58,441 nt of DNA from an uncultured Treponemataceae bacterium (GCA_964576835.1 CAZNXK010000005.1:1-58441); one strand, 5' to 3'; counted from the stretch's first letter, positions 22,384 to 32,902 are shown. Program-made: numbers and translations. Notes: generated from the letters alone by a model not told the origin.

Positions 22384-23244
22384 TTAGTCCGTTCCTGTCG
22401 AGGCGTTCGATTCGCCATGTATGATGAATACATACTCGATACGCCCGAAATCGATTATCGGTTCCATCTCCAGTTCCAGAGAAGTCAGGTAGTCCAGGTC
22501 TCGCAGCTTGGTTATGCGTCCTACGTTTATGCCTTGAGGGTAGATCGATTGCAGACCGCTCGTCGTAACGAGGTCGCCGTACTGTATCTCATCCTTGGCG
22601 CGTTTCTTAACGTATCGTATTATTATCGGAGCTTCTGCCGTACCGGATCCGACTGACAGGCCATCATATCTGGACCGTTCGAGGCGGATGGCGACGAAAG
22701 CCGACGTGTCGAAAATTGGAGAGACGATGCAACTGGACCTGCCGACTTCAATGACCCTGCCGACGAGGCCTTCAACACCATCCTGGTAAGCGACCACCGC
22801 CTGGTTCTTGACGACTCCCTGCGAGGTTCCCTTGTCGAGGACGAAGGTCGAATAGAGGTTCTCGGGATCCTTTGCGATTATCTTCGCTGCGACTGAGGTG
22901 TACGCGGTTTCCAGCGAAAAGCCAAGCTGAGTCTTGAGACGCTCGTTCTCGCGCATGAGGTCGGCGTAGCTTCGTTCAAGGTTGCCCAGCCTCTCGACAC
23001 GGGTGAGCAATTCCCGATGGCTTTGCTCGAGCCTGTGAAGTTCCGAGATGCTGTTGACAGTCTCCGAAAATATGTTGCCCACAGAGTCGAAACCGCGCTG
23101 GAAGAATGACAGTACCGACAGCCCGACACGCTCAGGGAGTCCGGCAAGGCTGCGCGTCGACACTATGAGCGTTATGAGCGATATAGCCAGCAGCAGGGCC
23201 GAGCCCATCGTACGGCGCGCCGCCTCTTTGTTGCGGTATGCCAT
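22384..23244 (-). CDS. mreC: rod shape-determining protein MreC
   Basis: N-terminal TM, coiled coil (ELHRLEQSHRELLTRVERL...ENERLKTQL), beta-rich C-domain. Position after mreB. Confidence 0.9.
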   Translation of the reverse strand: MAYRNKEAARRTMGSALLLAISLITLIVSTRSLAGLPERVGLSVLSFFQRGFDSVGNIFSETVNSISELHRLEQSHRELLTRVERLGNLERSYADLMRENERLKTQLGFSLETAYTSVAAKIIAKDPENLYSTFVLDKGTSQGVVKNQAVVAYQDGVEGLVGRVIEVGRSSCIVSPIFDTSAFVAIRLERSRYDGLSVGSGTAEAPIIIRYVKKRAKDEIQYGDLVTTSGLQSIYPQGINVGRITKLRDLDYLTSLELEMEPIIDFGRIEYVFIIHGESNASTGTD

Positions 23245-23250
23245 GGAAGG

Positions 23251-24294
23251 CTAGAGGTTCATCTTGCTGGCGGATCCAAACGAAATGTCGGTGCCGCGGA
23301 TGGCCTCGAAATACTTGCCTGCTCCGATGGCGACGCATTCAAGAGGCCGCTCCGCCAGGATGACCGGAACGCCAGTCTCCTTGGCGATCAACCGCGGCAG
23401 TCCCTTGAGGAGGGAACCGCCGCCCGCCATGACAATGCCGCGCTCGATGATGTCTGCCGCAAGTTCCGGCGGTGTCTGTCCTAGGGTTTTCTTGATTTCC
23501 TCGACTATCTGGTTGACCGGTTCCTGCAATGCCTCGCGGACCTCTACCGAGTCGATCTCCAGCCGGCGCGGAAGGCCCGTGATCGCGTCGGTGCCTTTGA
23601 TCTCCACCTTCTCGATCACCTTGTCGGGGCTGGCGTTCCCTATCTCGATTTTGAGTTTTTCAGCCGTCTGCTCCCCGATTATGAGGTTGTGGGCTGCGCG
23701 GATGTGCTTGATTATTGCTGCGTCGAATTCGTCGCCCCCAACGCGTATGGCATTGGTGACGACCAGGTCCTTTAGCGAAATGACTGATATCTCGGTCGTG
23801 CCTCCGCCGATATCGCATATCATGTGACCTGCGGGCTCGTGGATAGGAATGTCGGAGCCGATGGCAGCGGCCAAGGATTCGGGCAGCACCTCCACCTGGC
23901 GCGCTCCGGCCTTGTACGCGGCCTCGATAACCGCACGGCGTTCTACTTCGGTTATGCATGTCGGAATGCCTATCACCATGCGAGGCTTGATGAACCAGCG
24001 CCTGGGTATCACTTTCTGGATGAAGTACTTGATCATTTTTTCAGTCGTATCGGGATCGGCGATGACGCCGTCTCTCAGCGGTCGGATGGCGATGATGTTT
24101 CCCGGCGTCTTCCAGAGCATGCGCTTGGCTTCTGAGCCGACCGCGATGACGCGCCTCGTGCCTCGTTCGACGGCGACGACCGATGGCTCGTTTATGACTA
24201 TTCCTTTGCCTCGTACATATATAAGAGTGTTGCAGGTGCCGAGGTCAATACCGATATCCATTGAAAGCGAATCGAACAGTTTCCATTTTTTCAC
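23251..24294 (-). CDS. mreB: rod shape-determining actin homologue MreB
   Basis: [22 protein letters not shown] and [12 protein letters not shown] motifs. Confidence 0.95.
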   Translation of the reverse strand: MKKWKLFDSLSMDIGIDLGTCNTLIYVRGKGIVINEPSVVAVERGTRRVIAVGSEAKRMLWKTPGNIIAIRPLRDGVIADPDTTEKMIKYFIQKVIPRRWFIKPRMVIGIPTCITEVERRAVIEAAYKAGARQVEVLPESLAAAIGSDIPIHEPAGHMICDIGGGTTEISVISLKDLVVTNAIRVGGDEFDAAIIKHIRAAHNLIIGEQTAEKLKIEIGNASPDKVIEKVEIKGTDAITGLPRRLEIDSVEVREALQEPVNQIVEEIKKTLGQTPPELAADIIERGIVMAGGGSLLKGLPRLIAKETGVPVILAERPLECVAIGAGKYFEAIRGTDISFGSASKMNL

Positions 24295-24318
24295 GGCGAA
24301 TGCTCCTTGGGAGTAAGT

Positions 24319-25284
24319 CTATGAACGCTCTGATAGCTTCTGTCGGGCGCCGGGATGCATCGGATCAATCGAGACAGCCTTGCGCCAGGCCGCTCGAGCC
24401 CTGATAGGGTCCCCTGTATCCGAAAGCACGAGTCCCTCGAAGAACCACGCGTCGGCGGATTGCGGATTCTTTTCTTTTATGGCTTCATACCGGGCCATTG
24501 CCTCGTCGAACCTGCCCGCCTTGCGGTATGTGTCACCGAGTATGAAATTGCAGCGTTCGGCCAGGTACTCGTCGGTCGTTGACGACAATGCGGAAAGAGC
24601 CAGTTCTTCCGAACGTACCTGGTTGCCGGCCGATCCATTGGCGATCGCGGCCGCGAGCATCAACTCGGGAGAACCGGGTTTCGCGGCTATCGCCTTATCG
24701 AAGAAGGCTATGCTTTCCGGTGACTGGCCAATTCCCTGTGCAGCAAGAGCAAGATACTCCCAGGTATCGGCCGCTTCGTAGCCCGCATCTGCCGCCTCGC
24801 GAAGGTACGTCATCGTTTCGTCCCAATAGTCCTGCCCTTTGTGGAAATATGCTTTTCCGAGCACGTACAACGATTGGGGGCGCAATGGCGCCCTGGAATC
24901 AAGCAGCGCCTTCCTGATGGAAAAAACGGCCGTATCCATCAGTACCGACCGCTTTTCGCCGTCTATTTCAGCCAGGCCCAGGTAGAAGGACGACATACCC
25001 TTGAAAACAAGCCGGAATGAATCGAGCGGGCTCTCCTGGAGCGCCAAGTCACAGGCGACGGCAACTCCCGAATATTCCTTTTCCAGCCATAATTTGACTA
25101 TCTCCTGTTGTGATGCAATTGATACGTCACGGTTTTTCGACATGCGAAGAACCGCATAGATCGAAGCCGAAACCGCAAGCACCGTGACAGCCGCCACGAG
25201 CGCGACCACGACGCCTCGCCGACGCCTTAGTTTTGTGAGATATGGATCTGGGCCGCGCGATCGTGCATGGGAATAATCGTTCAT
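24319..25284 (-). CDS. membrane-anchored TPR repeat protein
   Basis: TM VVVALVAAVTVLAVSASIYAV then TPR-like repeats (GRFDEAMARYEAIKEKNPQSADAWFFEGLVL...). 24 nt upstream of mreB. Confidence 0.75.
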   Translation of the reverse strand: MNDYSHARSRGPDPYLTKLRRRRGVVVALVAAVTVLAVSASIYAVLRMSKNRDVSIASQQEIVKLWLEKEYSGVAVACDLALQESPLDSFRLVFKGMSSFYLGLAEIDGEKRSVLMDTAVFSIRKALLDSRAPLRPQSLYVLGKAYFHKGQDYWDETMTYLREAADAGYEAADTWEYLALAAQGIGQSPESIAFFDKAIAAKPGSPELMLAAAIANGSAGNQVRSEELALSALSSTTDEYLAERCNFILGDTYRKAGRFDEAMARYEAIKEKNPQSADAWFFEGLVLSDTGDPIRARAAWRKAVSIDPMHPGARQKLSERS

Positions 25285-25340
25285 ACAATCGATAATTGTT
25301 GTATCACGGCCCGACTGTCATAGTCAATTAAAGCAAAAAA

Positions 25341-25734
25341 AGGGACGAACCTGTAAGCCGGGTTCTGTACCGCTTGCGCGGTGGCCGCCATCCATCTTGA
25401 CGGAAGATCACCCTTCCGTTTTCGCGACCTACCCGCGGGGTCGCGAACGCCCGAAGGCATCCGCGGCGCGCGAGCCGCGCACCCGCTGTTCGGTCTTGCT
25501 CACGACGAGGCTTGCCGTGCCATCCGCGTCGCCGCGGACGCGGTGGGCTCTTACCCCACCTTTTCACCCTTACCGACGCCTTTCGGCACCGGCGGTTCGC
25601 TTTCTGTTGCGCTGTCTGTCAGCGGGCCGTCGCCAACCCGCTGCCCGGCCGTTAGCCGGCGTCGCGTCCTGTCGAGCCCGGACTTTCCTCCACACGGCCT
25701 AGCGACCATGCGGCGGCGGCCCGGTTCGTCCCTG
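25341..25734 (-). ncRNA. rnpB: RNase P RNA, bacterial type A
   Basis: The reverse complement contains GAGGAAAGTCCGGGCTC, GGTAAGGGTGAAAAGGTGGGGTAAGAGCCCACCG, AGATGGATGGCGGCC and ACAGAACCCGGCTTACAG. P1 pairing AGGGACGAACC/GGTTCGTCCCT. Followed by a T6 run. Confidence 0.93.
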
Positions 25735-25742
25735 AATAGACC

Positions 25743-26609
25743 TCAGTCGTCGGAATCCCTCATCGATTCCTTTTCGGAATCGCCGTCCATGTCATTTTCG
25801 GAATCATAGCTCTCGTCATCCGAATCATCTCCAAAGTCGTCGAGATCGGCGAGCGAACCAGATTCGATATCGACTATCATATCCGCCTGCGATTCGTCGC
25901 CATCCTGGTAATACAGCACCCTGGAGCAATAGGGACAGAAAACGATCTTGTCGCTCTGGCGTACCTCGTTGACGAATTGGGCAGGCAGGATCATCGAGCA
26001 ACCGGAGCATACGACTCCCTTGACAGGAACAATGCCGACGCCTTGCTTCGACTTGATTATCCGCTCGAACTTGAAAACGACCTCGGAATCGATATCGGTC
26101 GTCGTCGTCGATTCAAGGTCTTTGAGCTCGGCCACGCGGGCCTTCATCGAGGTTTCCTCGTTACGGATCCTCGTATGCTTTTCCTCGATCTCCTCTTCCT
26201 GGGATTTGATCAAAGATTCGCTCGAAGCGACCTCAGCCTCGGACTCACGGAGGTTTTCTTCCTCGCGCTTCAGGTCCTTGCGGAGCTGGTCTTCCCGGAG
26301 GCCCGCTTCAGTGATTTCCTTGTTGAGCGCTTCGAATTCCCTGGGGTTCGAGATCTGGTCCATCTGCTGTTCGGATTTCTCCTTGTGCATGACGACCTCT
26401 GCTAGCTCGGCGCGAAGCTGCCCTACCCTCGACTGGGTTTCGAGAAATCGGGTGCTTCGATCGGAAAAGCTTTTCCTGGCACGGGTAAGGACTTCTTCCT
26501 GGGCCGCTATCGACTTTGGAAGTTCGCGGATATCCTGCTCGATGGCGACTCGTTCCATAAGGAACTCCTGGAATTTGCGCAGTCGATCGAAAAGTTCTTC
26601 CATCAGCAT
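25743..26609 (-). CDS. coiled-coil C4 zinc-ribbon protein (COG1579/DUF164-like) with acidic tail
   Basis: Long heptad-rich region, then CSGC...CPYC (VCSGCSMILPAQFVNEV...IVFCPYCSRVLY), then a D/E/S-rich C-terminus. Confidence 0.8.
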   Translation of the reverse strand: MLMEELFDRLRKFQEFLMERVAIEQDIRELPKSIAAQEEVLTRARKSFSDRSTRFLETQSRVGQLRAELAEVVMHKEKSEQQMDQISNPREFEALNKEITEAGLREDQLRKDLKREEENLRESEAEVASSESLIKSQEEEIEEKHTRIRNEETSMKARVAELKDLESTTTTDIDSEVVFKFERIIKSKQGVGIVPVKGVVCSGCSMILPAQFVNEVRQSDKIVFCPYCSRVLYYQDGDESQADMIVDIESGSLADLDDFGDDSDDESYDSENDMDGDSEKESMRDSDD

Positions 26610-26651
26610 ATGGTCTCACCTCATTCAGGTTGATATCACGGTAACCGCGGG

Positions 26652-26681
26652 ATTGTATCACACCTTGCGCGCCTAGATCAA
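26652..26681 (-). promoter_or_regulatory. sigma70-type promoter for the COG1579 gene (and possibly rnpB)
   Basis: Minus strand reads TTGATC-18 nt-TACAAT with TG at the extended -10 position. GAGGTGAG SD precedes ATG 26609. Confidence 0.45.
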
Positions 26682-26712
26682 CGACGGCGCTGCCAGAAGA
26701 TTGCCGGGGATT

Positions 26713-28452
26713 CTAGTGGTCCACGTAGTCGCGCAGCTTCTGGCTTCGCTTGAAATGCCTCAGCTTCTTGAGAGCCTTCGCCTCTATCTGGCGTATCCGT
26801 TCCCTCGTGACATTGAAGTACAGTCCGACTTCCTCTAGCGTAAGCGAATATCCATCGTCCAGACCGAATCGCATGCGCAACACTTCCTGCTCGCGAGGAG
26901 GCAAGGTCGAAAGCACCGAGCGGATCTGCTCCTGAAGGAGCTTGTAGTCGGTCTGGACGCTCGGGTTCTCGATCTCTTTGTCCTCGATGAAGTCTCCAAG
27001 CAAGCTGTCTTCGTCCTCTCCTATCGGAGTCTCGAGGCTGATAGGTTCCCTGGCGACGTTTTTTACGCTCTTGACGCGGGTGACAGGCCAGCCGAGTTGC
27101 TGTGCGACTTCCTCGTCGCTTGGCTCCCTGCCCAGTTTCTGCATGAGCTGCCTGGACTCGCGGACTACCTTGTTGATCTGCTCTATCATATGGACCGGAA
27201 CGCGGATTGTCCTGGCCTGGTCGCTGATCGAACGGGTTATTGCCTGGCGTATCCACCAGGTGGCGTAGGTCGAGAACTTGTAACCCTTGCGGTACTCGAA
27301 CTTCTCGACCGCCTTGATCAGGCCAATGTTGCCTTCCTGGACGAGGTCGAAGAAGTGCAGGCCGCGGTTGGTGTATTTCTTGGCGATCGAGACGACGAGC
27401 CGCAGGTTGGCCTTGATCAGCCTGTCCTTTGCGTTTTTCATCATGATGCGGCCGCGGTTTATCTCCTTGGCCATCGTGATGATGACGTCGCACTCGTTTT
27501 CGAAGGTGTATTCCAGCTCTTCGAGCTTCTTCTCGGTTACTTGGATCTGGCGGATGCGTTCCTTGATTTCGTCGGCGCCTATGCCGAGTTCCGATTCGAT
27601 CTGTTCCCTGCGCTCCTTGAGCGTCAGATTGCGGCCGAGGACGCGCAGATCCCTGAGGCTGTCCACCTGAAGGGTCCGCTCAAGCCGCTCCTGTTCGCGG
27701 CGGTACTTCTTGATGCGTTTGGCAGCGTTGATGAACTTTTCTGAGAACGAATTAATTTCCTCTGGATGCAGGTCGGTGGAGCCAAGCCTGTCGAGAAGCA
27801 TCTCACGGGTATTCGCGAGCGTTTCGTCTGCCTTGACGTCCCCGCCACGCGAGGCGATACGCTTCTTCGTTTCCATGTACGACTTGAGTTCCGCTTGCGT
27901 ATCGCGGAGCACGTCGCGGTAGAACTGGTTCAAGCGCCTGCGTTCGGCTATTCGTTCCGAGTTCTCCTTGCGCTGTTGCGAACCCGTTTCGCGTTTCGCC
28001 TTGACGGAGATCTGGTAGAATTCGGGAATCAGCATGCCGCTTTTCTTGATGATTCCCTTGATGATGTTCTCGCCCTCTTCCATCTGCTTGGAGAGCAATA
28101 CTTCCTGCTCCGCAGTGAGGAGGTTTTCCTTGCCTATCTCGCGCAAGTACAGGCGTATGGGATCGTCAACGGCGCTTTCCTTGTCGTTGTAGACCAGCCG
28201 TTTCTTCTCCTGGGCTGATGATTGGACCTCGGGTTCCCGCTCCTTCGGTTCCGCCGGCTCATCCATTTGCAGGTCTTCTTCCTCGAGCTGGATGTTGTTG
28301 CTCTCGAGAAGGGCAAGAACTCCGTCGATCTTGTCCGAATTGAGGATTTCTTCAGGCAAGAAATCGGACAGTTCGTCGAAGCTGATGGTCTTCTTTGACT
28401 TCGCGTATTCGAGAAGTTTCGCTACTGCGGGATCGAGTTCAGGGTCGCCCAT
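26713..28452 (-). CDS. rpoD: RNA polymerase primary sigma factor
   Basis: Regions 1.1-4.2. [32 protein letters not shown]-type motifs. Confidence 0.95.
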   Translation of the reverse strand: MGDPELDPAVAKLLEYAKSKKTISFDELSDFLPEEILNSDKIDGVLALLESNNIQLEEEDLQMDEPAEPKEREPEVQSSAQEKKRLVYNDKESAVDDPIRLYLREIGKENLLTAEQEVLLSKQMEEGENIIKGIIKKSGMLIPEFYQISVKAKRETGSQQRKENSERIAERRRLNQFYRDVLRDTQAELKSYMETKKRIASRGGDVKADETLANTREMLLDRLGSTDLHPEEINSFSEKFINAAKRIKKYRREQERLERTLQVDSLRDLRVLGRNLTLKERREQIESELGIGADEIKERIRQIQVTEKKLEELEYTFENECDVIITMAKEINRGRIMMKNAKDRLIKANLRLVVSIAKKYTNRGLHFFDLVQEGNIGLIKAVEKFEYRKGYKFSTYATWWIRQAITRSISDQARTIRVPVHMIEQINKVVRESRQLMQKLGREPSDEEVAQQLGWPVTRVKSVKNVAREPISLETPIGEDEDSLLGDFIEDKEIENPSVQTDYKLLQEQIRSVLSTLPPREQEVLRMRFGLDDGYSLTLEEVGLYFNVTRERIRQIEAKALKKLRHFKRSQKLRDYVDH

Positions 28453-30232
28453 GCCGCTCTTCCTTTATTCTGGTGAGTTCGCCGTCTAAAAACATCTTTT
28501 CATACATGAGATCGTTCAATGAAATCTCGTCGCCATCCCGAACTTCGTCATATTCGCGGATCCTGGCGACGATACGCTCTTTCCGGCGCTCGAGAGCTCG
28601 TTCCTTCACGCCGCGCACGCCGTCGACGACGAAACGCTCCGGATTGATGGCATACGCGCCGTCAGAAACTTTTTGCAGTATAAATGTCTTGAGTCCTTCG
28701 CTCGTCAGTCGGTCGGTTACGGAAGCGACGTTCAGGATGCCTCCCCGGAAACATTCTTCCATGACAATGAACGCGTCCTTGAGCGGCTCTTCGTTGAAAT
28801 CAGCTGGTCCGATCTCAGCCCGAGCGACTTCGAACAGGTCCTCATTGGCTACAAGGGCAGCTATCAGCTCGGCGTCCGAACTTGGCAGGAAAGCTGCAGG
28901 AGTCTCTTCTTTGGCCGAAATCTTGCGAGAGGCACCCTTCTTCAAGAATCGTTCGAAATCGTTCCTGACTGAAGCGGGATCAGCTCCAAGGCCATTGGCT
29001 GCTGCGTTTATGAACGAATCTCTCCTGATTTCCGAAGTGATACCGGCGATAAACGGGAACAGATACTCGAAAGCAGACTGTTGCGAACCTGATTCTCCGT
29101 CCAAATGCAAAGATACTGCATTACCGATCATGAATTCATCGGCAGTTATAGTGGAAACGCTTTCTTTTTTCAATCGCTCCGGACCGCTTTTTTCCAGTAT
29201 CTCCGCCGGATCCTTGGCACCTGCAATCCTGAGTACGCGAACGCCAAGGCCGGCTCCTTCGGCGATGCCGATCGCGCGCTCGGCTGCTTTCCTGCCTGCT
29301 TCGTCGCTGTCGAAGCTCAATATCACCGTACCTACGTAGCGCTTGAGCAGGGACGCCTGGGATTCGGTGAACGAGGTGCCGAGCGGCGCTACCGCCCTCG
29401 GTACACCGGCTTCATGGAAAGCCATAGTATCCATGTAACCCTCGCAAAGGATTGCCTCGCCACTGGTCCGCATGGTTGACGAAGAGAGCGACAACCCGAA
29501 GAGCGTCTCATGTTTCCTGAATATCGGGGTTTCAGGCGAGTTGAGGTACTTGGGGCCATCGCCGGAGAGAAGCCTGCCGCCGAAAGCCACGACGCGCCCC
29601 CTGGCATCGGATATGGGGAACATCAGCCTGTCCGAGAATATCGACGAACCAGGGTACTTCCTGGAAAAAAGTCCCGACTCGGCAAGGAAGGCCTCCGAAT
29701 ACGATTTGCCCCGCAGGAACTTGTATAGCCATCCACGATCAGCCGGGCTGTAACCCAACCTGAATGAGGTGATGATGGCGTCGGAAAGTTTTCGGCCCCT
29801 GACATAGGCCAGAGCCGACTTCCCGTGTGGATCGGATATCAGGAGATGGTTGAAGGTTCCGGCGAGTTTCTCGTAGAGCTCATAGAGCGAATCACGCTCC
29901 TTGGCCGCTTTCGCTTCCGCAGGGTCGTCTTCGCCCTCGTAGGTAATGGTGATGCCCGCCTTTTCAGCCAGGCGTTCGAGAGCTTCGACGTAGCCGCACT
30001 TCTCGATCTCCTTGACGAAGGTGATAGCATCGCCCCCCTTCCTGCATCCGAAGCAATAGAAAAAACCGCGATCCTCGTTGACACCGAAGGACGGAGTCCT
30101 CTCGTTGTGGAACGGGCACAGGCCTACCCATCGCGAACCGTGTTTTTCAAGTCGAACGTACTCGCCGACAACACGTACTATGTCGGTTCTGGAGGCGATT
30201 TCTGCTACAAGGTGCTCGGGAATGCGCTTCAT
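28439..30232 (-). CDS. dnaG: DNA primase
   Basis: Zinc finger [14 protein letters not shown]...[10 protein letters not shown] and a TOPRIM region. 14-nt overlap with rpoD. Confidence 0.93.
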   Translation of the reverse strand: MKRIPEHLVAEIASRTDIVRVVGEYVRLEKHGSRWVGLCPFHNERTPSFGVNEDRGFFYCFGCRKGGDAITFVKEIEKCGYVEALERLAEKAGITITYEGEDDPAEAKAAKERDSLYELYEKLAGTFNHLLISDPHGKSALAYVRGRKLSDAIITSFRLGYSPADRGWLYKFLRGKSYSEAFLAESGLFSRKYPGSSIFSDRLMFPISDARGRVVAFGGRLLSGDGPKYLNSPETPIFRKHETLFGLSLSSSTMRTSGEAILCEGYMDTMAFHEAGVPRAVAPLGTSFTESQASLLKRYVGTVILSFDSDEAGRKAAERAIGIAEGAGLGVRVLRIAGAKDPAEILEKSGPERLKKESVSTITADEFMIGNAVSLHLDGESGSQQSAFEYLFPFIAGITSEIRRDSFINAAANGLGADPASVRNDFERFLKKGASRKISAKEETPAAFLPSSDAELIAALVANEDLFEVARAEIGPADFNEEPLKDAFIVMEECFRGGILNVASVTDRLTSEGLKTFILQKVSDGAYAINPERFVVDGVRGVKERALERRKERIVARIREYDEVRDGDEISLNDLMYEKMFLDGELTRIKEERHGRP

Positions 30233-31275
30233 GGGCTCCTTGGCTTGACCGAAAGCGCAGCTGCCTGTATGTGTTCATCAAGCGTTTCAGAGAAATAGTG
30301 CCTGCCGCTCGCCTCGTCCACCAATCTGAAGTACAGGTAGTCGCTCGTGGCAGGCCGCAAGGAAGCAGCCAACGCCGTGATTCCTGGATTGCATATAGGC
30401 TCGGGAGGAAGGCCGGGATGCAGGTATGTATTGAAGGGATCGTCAAGCTTCAGGTCGCGGTCGAAGATGCGGTTGGGGTGCGGCTTGCCCTGCCTGTCCG
30501 TTATGACGTAGACAACGGTAGCGCAAGACTGGAGCGCCATGCCGATGCGCAGACGGTTAAGGAAAGCGCTGGCCATCAGCGGAGCTTCGTCAGCTACCCT
30601 GTATTCACGCTCGACTATGCTGGCCAGCACGACGCGATCGTACAATTCCCCGGGCGACAGCGCTGCTGATTCGGGAACCGCCTCCGCAAGCCGCCTGCCG
30701 AAGTTTTCTACCATCATCCTGACGAGCGCCTGGCCGCCGGAATTTCTGGGCAACAGGTAGGTATCGGGGAAAAGGTAGCCGACCATGGATGAAGGATAAA
30801 GGCCAAGCCTTTTGGCAAGTGCGGCGTCCGAGGCGGCCGCGATGACATCGGCGGCGTCGGCGATGCCTGCTGCATCGGCAGCCCTGGCAACTGTCTGGAG
30901 GCTGGCGCCCTCTGGAACGGTGAGGCGCACGAGGACCTGCCTGCCCGCGGCTATCATCTCGAGGATTGAACTGGAACCCATATCCGTTTTTATGAGGTAG
31001 TCGCCAGCCTTGAGGGACTGCTCGAGTCCCTTGGCTTTCATGAGGAGGCGGAAAAGCAGCTCCGAGCGGATGGTGCCGTCGGCTGCAAGTCGCCGCGCGA
31101 CAGAGGCTCCTGATTCTCCCTGCCCCACCGCGAATGGCTTGCCTTCGGACTGAACCGCGCCGCTTGGCTTGTCGAGCGAGACGGCGTACACGAGCGCGGC
31201 GACCGCTACAGCCACGACGGTAAACGTCACGAACGCGATGGCGGCGGCTATGGTTGCGGCGAATTTCGGCATCAT
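30229..31275 (-). CDS. mltG: endolytic murein transglycosylase MltG (YceG-like)
   Basis: N-terminal TM. ASIVEREY and NTYLHPGLPPEPICNPG motifs. 4-nt overlap with dnaG. Confidence 0.9.
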   Translation of the reverse strand: MMPKFAATIAAAIAFVTFTVVAVAVAALVYAVSLDKPSGAVQSEGKPFAVGQGESGASVARRLAADGTIRSELLFRLLMKAKGLEQSLKAGDYLIKTDMGSSSILEMIAAGRQVLVRLTVPEGASLQTVARAADAAGIADAADVIAAASDAALAKRLGLYPSSMVGYLFPDTYLLPRNSGGQALVRMMVENFGRRLAEAVPESAALSPGELYDRVVLASIVEREYRVADEAPLMASAFLNRLRIGMALQSCATVVYVITDRQGKPHPNRIFDRDLKLDDPFNTYLHPGLPPEPICNPGITALAASLRPATSDYLYFRLVDEASGRHYFSETLDEHIQAAALSVKPRSP

Positions 31276-31499
31276 CGCGAGGCGCCTCCGGCCAGCCGCG
31301 ATGCATACAGTATCTGCAGTCCCTCGAGATCCTCTATTGACAAGCTTTCGTAGAGTATCGACCGGAGGCGTTCCAGCGCCGCTCTCTGGTTGAGGTCAAG
31401 ATCTTCTTCGTTGCGCAGCAACGCTACATACAGCCCGACGACTTCGGAGCCGTCAAGCGAAACCGATGACGTGGTAGTGTACAATTCGTCAAACGTCAA
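31272..31499 (-). CDS. small acidic helical protein of unknown function (75 aa)
   Basis: ORF fills the space between the MBL gene and mltG exactly (11-nt and 4-nt overlaps). Codon pattern resembles its neighbours. I recognise no family. Confidence 0.5.
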   Translation of the reverse strand: MTFDELYTTTSSVSLDGSEVVGLYVALLRNEEDLDLNQRAALERLRSILYESLSIEDLEGLQILYASRLAGGASR

Positions 31500-32427
31500 T
31501 CTCGATGCCCTCCCGAGCCAGAACCACCTCGATGCCGCGGTCCTCTATGTGCTTGAGGTACCAGGACGCCGACTTGAGGATTGAGCCTATCTTCTGGTCT
31601 CCATATGACGGCTCGTGGTGGAACAGGACCAGCTGCTTGATGTGCCACGAAGCCGCGAAGTCAGCCGCCAGGCTGAACGACGAATGGCCCCAGTACTGTT
31701 TTTCAATGGCCTCGCCGAGCGTATACTGCGCGTCGATGATAAGCATGTCCGCGCCTTTGAAATACGACTCGTTTTCGGGGGTCCGGTCGAAATCCTTTGG
31801 ATCGAGCTCGGTGTCGGTCGAATAAATGACTTTCTTGCCGGCTTCCTGGACCGCGTAGCTGTAGCATCCACCTGGGTGGCTCATCGCCCTGAACTGGATG
31901 TCAACGTTGCCTATCCTCACGCCTCGCCCTTCCAGATTGACGAATTCCTTTCTCGCGCCCATCGCGTCCAGGCCGATGGGGAAATACGGCTCCTTCATCT
32001 GACCCTCGAGGATTGCGCGCAGCTCTGGATTCGGGCTGTACATCGCCAAGTATGTTCGTGGATCGAATGCCGGAGCGAAGAACGGGAGGCCCTGGATATG
32101 GTCCCAGTGAAAGTGCGAGAAAAAGAGGTGCACAGCCGCTGGTTTCCTGGAGGCAATGATCTCCTGCCCGAGGTTTCGTATCCCGGTGCCAGCGTCGAAC
32201 ACAAGCCTGCAACACTCCCCTGTTTGCACTTCTACGCAGGCGGTATTGCCTCCTACCGTGGAGAACAGGTAATCGGGAAGACGAGCCAGAAACAACTCGC
32301 GCGATTCCTGGGATTCCAGGTCGGATGGCGTTATGCGCTGTACGATCGACGATATCTTGCTTTTAAGACTGGCGGGTGTCAGCGGAGTCGGAAGGGAACC
32401 CCGCGCTCCCCAGAAGCGTACTTTCAT
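31489..32427 (-). CDS. MBL-fold metallo-hydrolase
   Basis: MKVRFWGARGSLPTP N-terminus and HFHWDH metal motif. Start ATG 32427 chosen over the track's 32478. Confidence 0.85.
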   Translation of the reverse strand: MKVRFWGARGSLPTPLTPASLKSKISSIVQRITPSDLESQESRELFLARLPDYLFSTVGGNTACVEVQTGECCRLVFDAGTGIRNLGQEIIASRKPAAVHLFFSHFHWDHIQGLPFFAPAFDPRTYLAMYSPNPELRAILEGQMKEPYFPIGLDAMGARKEFVNLEGRGVRIGNVDIQFRAMSHPGGCYSYAVQEAGKKVIYSTDTELDPKDFDRTPENESYFKGADMLIIDAQYTLGEAIEKQYWGHSSFSLAADFAASWHIKQLVLFHHEPSYGDQKIGSILKSASWYLKHIEDRGIEVVLAREGIEIDV

Positions 32428-32890
32428 CGATGGTCTCCAATATGACGCTGTAATCGATGACCAGCGGCGGATAGGCACGCCTCTGCCACAGACATTCGCC
32501 TATGCGCTCGGCAGGAATCAATGATCCATGCCCGATGCCGGGACAATCGACTGATTCGCTGTCCCAATCCGCAACTGTATCTATCACTCCCTGCCAGAAC
32601 GGAAACGTAGAGCATTGCACCGGCCGCGCGTCATAGGCCGTACACCCATGCTCGCCCCACAGTATACAATCATTGTTGGGTTTTTCCTTCAGACTCAGCG
32701 CGTAACCCGTTCCAATATCGACTTTCTTTATAAATGTATCTATAAATTGACGGAAGGCAAGTCCGCTGTGCTTGAGTAGCCGCCGAAAGTCGTTCGATGA
32801 CAAGAATACGAAACCTGGTTCATGCCTGCAACAGGCCGAGCACCTGGTGCACTCGAACCTGAGTCCCTTCTTCCAGAACGGTTCGGCCAT
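32363..32890 (-). CDS. YkgJ-family cysteine-cluster protein (CxxCxxCC)
   Basis: ECTRCSACCRHEPGFVFLS motif. ATG 32890 preceded by GAGGTGG. The longer track ORF runs into tRNA-Tyr. Confidence 0.8.
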   Translation of the reverse strand: MAEPFWKKGLRFECTRCSACCRHEPGFVFLSSNDFRRLLKHSGLAFRQFIDTFIKKVDIGTGYALSLKEKPNNDCILWGEHGCTAYDARPVQCSTFPFWQGVIDTVADWDSESVDCPGIGHGSLIPAERIGECLWQRRAYPPLVIDYSVILETIDESTLLGSAGFPSDSADTRQS

Positions 32891-32902
32891 TTTCCACCTC
32901 TG

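Noticed and set aside
25328-25809. ORFs 25328-25567(-), 25381-25809(+) and 25397-25702(+) in the 25.3-25.7 kb gap.
   Set aside because: The region is RNase P RNA (all universal type A motifs are present on the minus strand). The ORFs are incidental.
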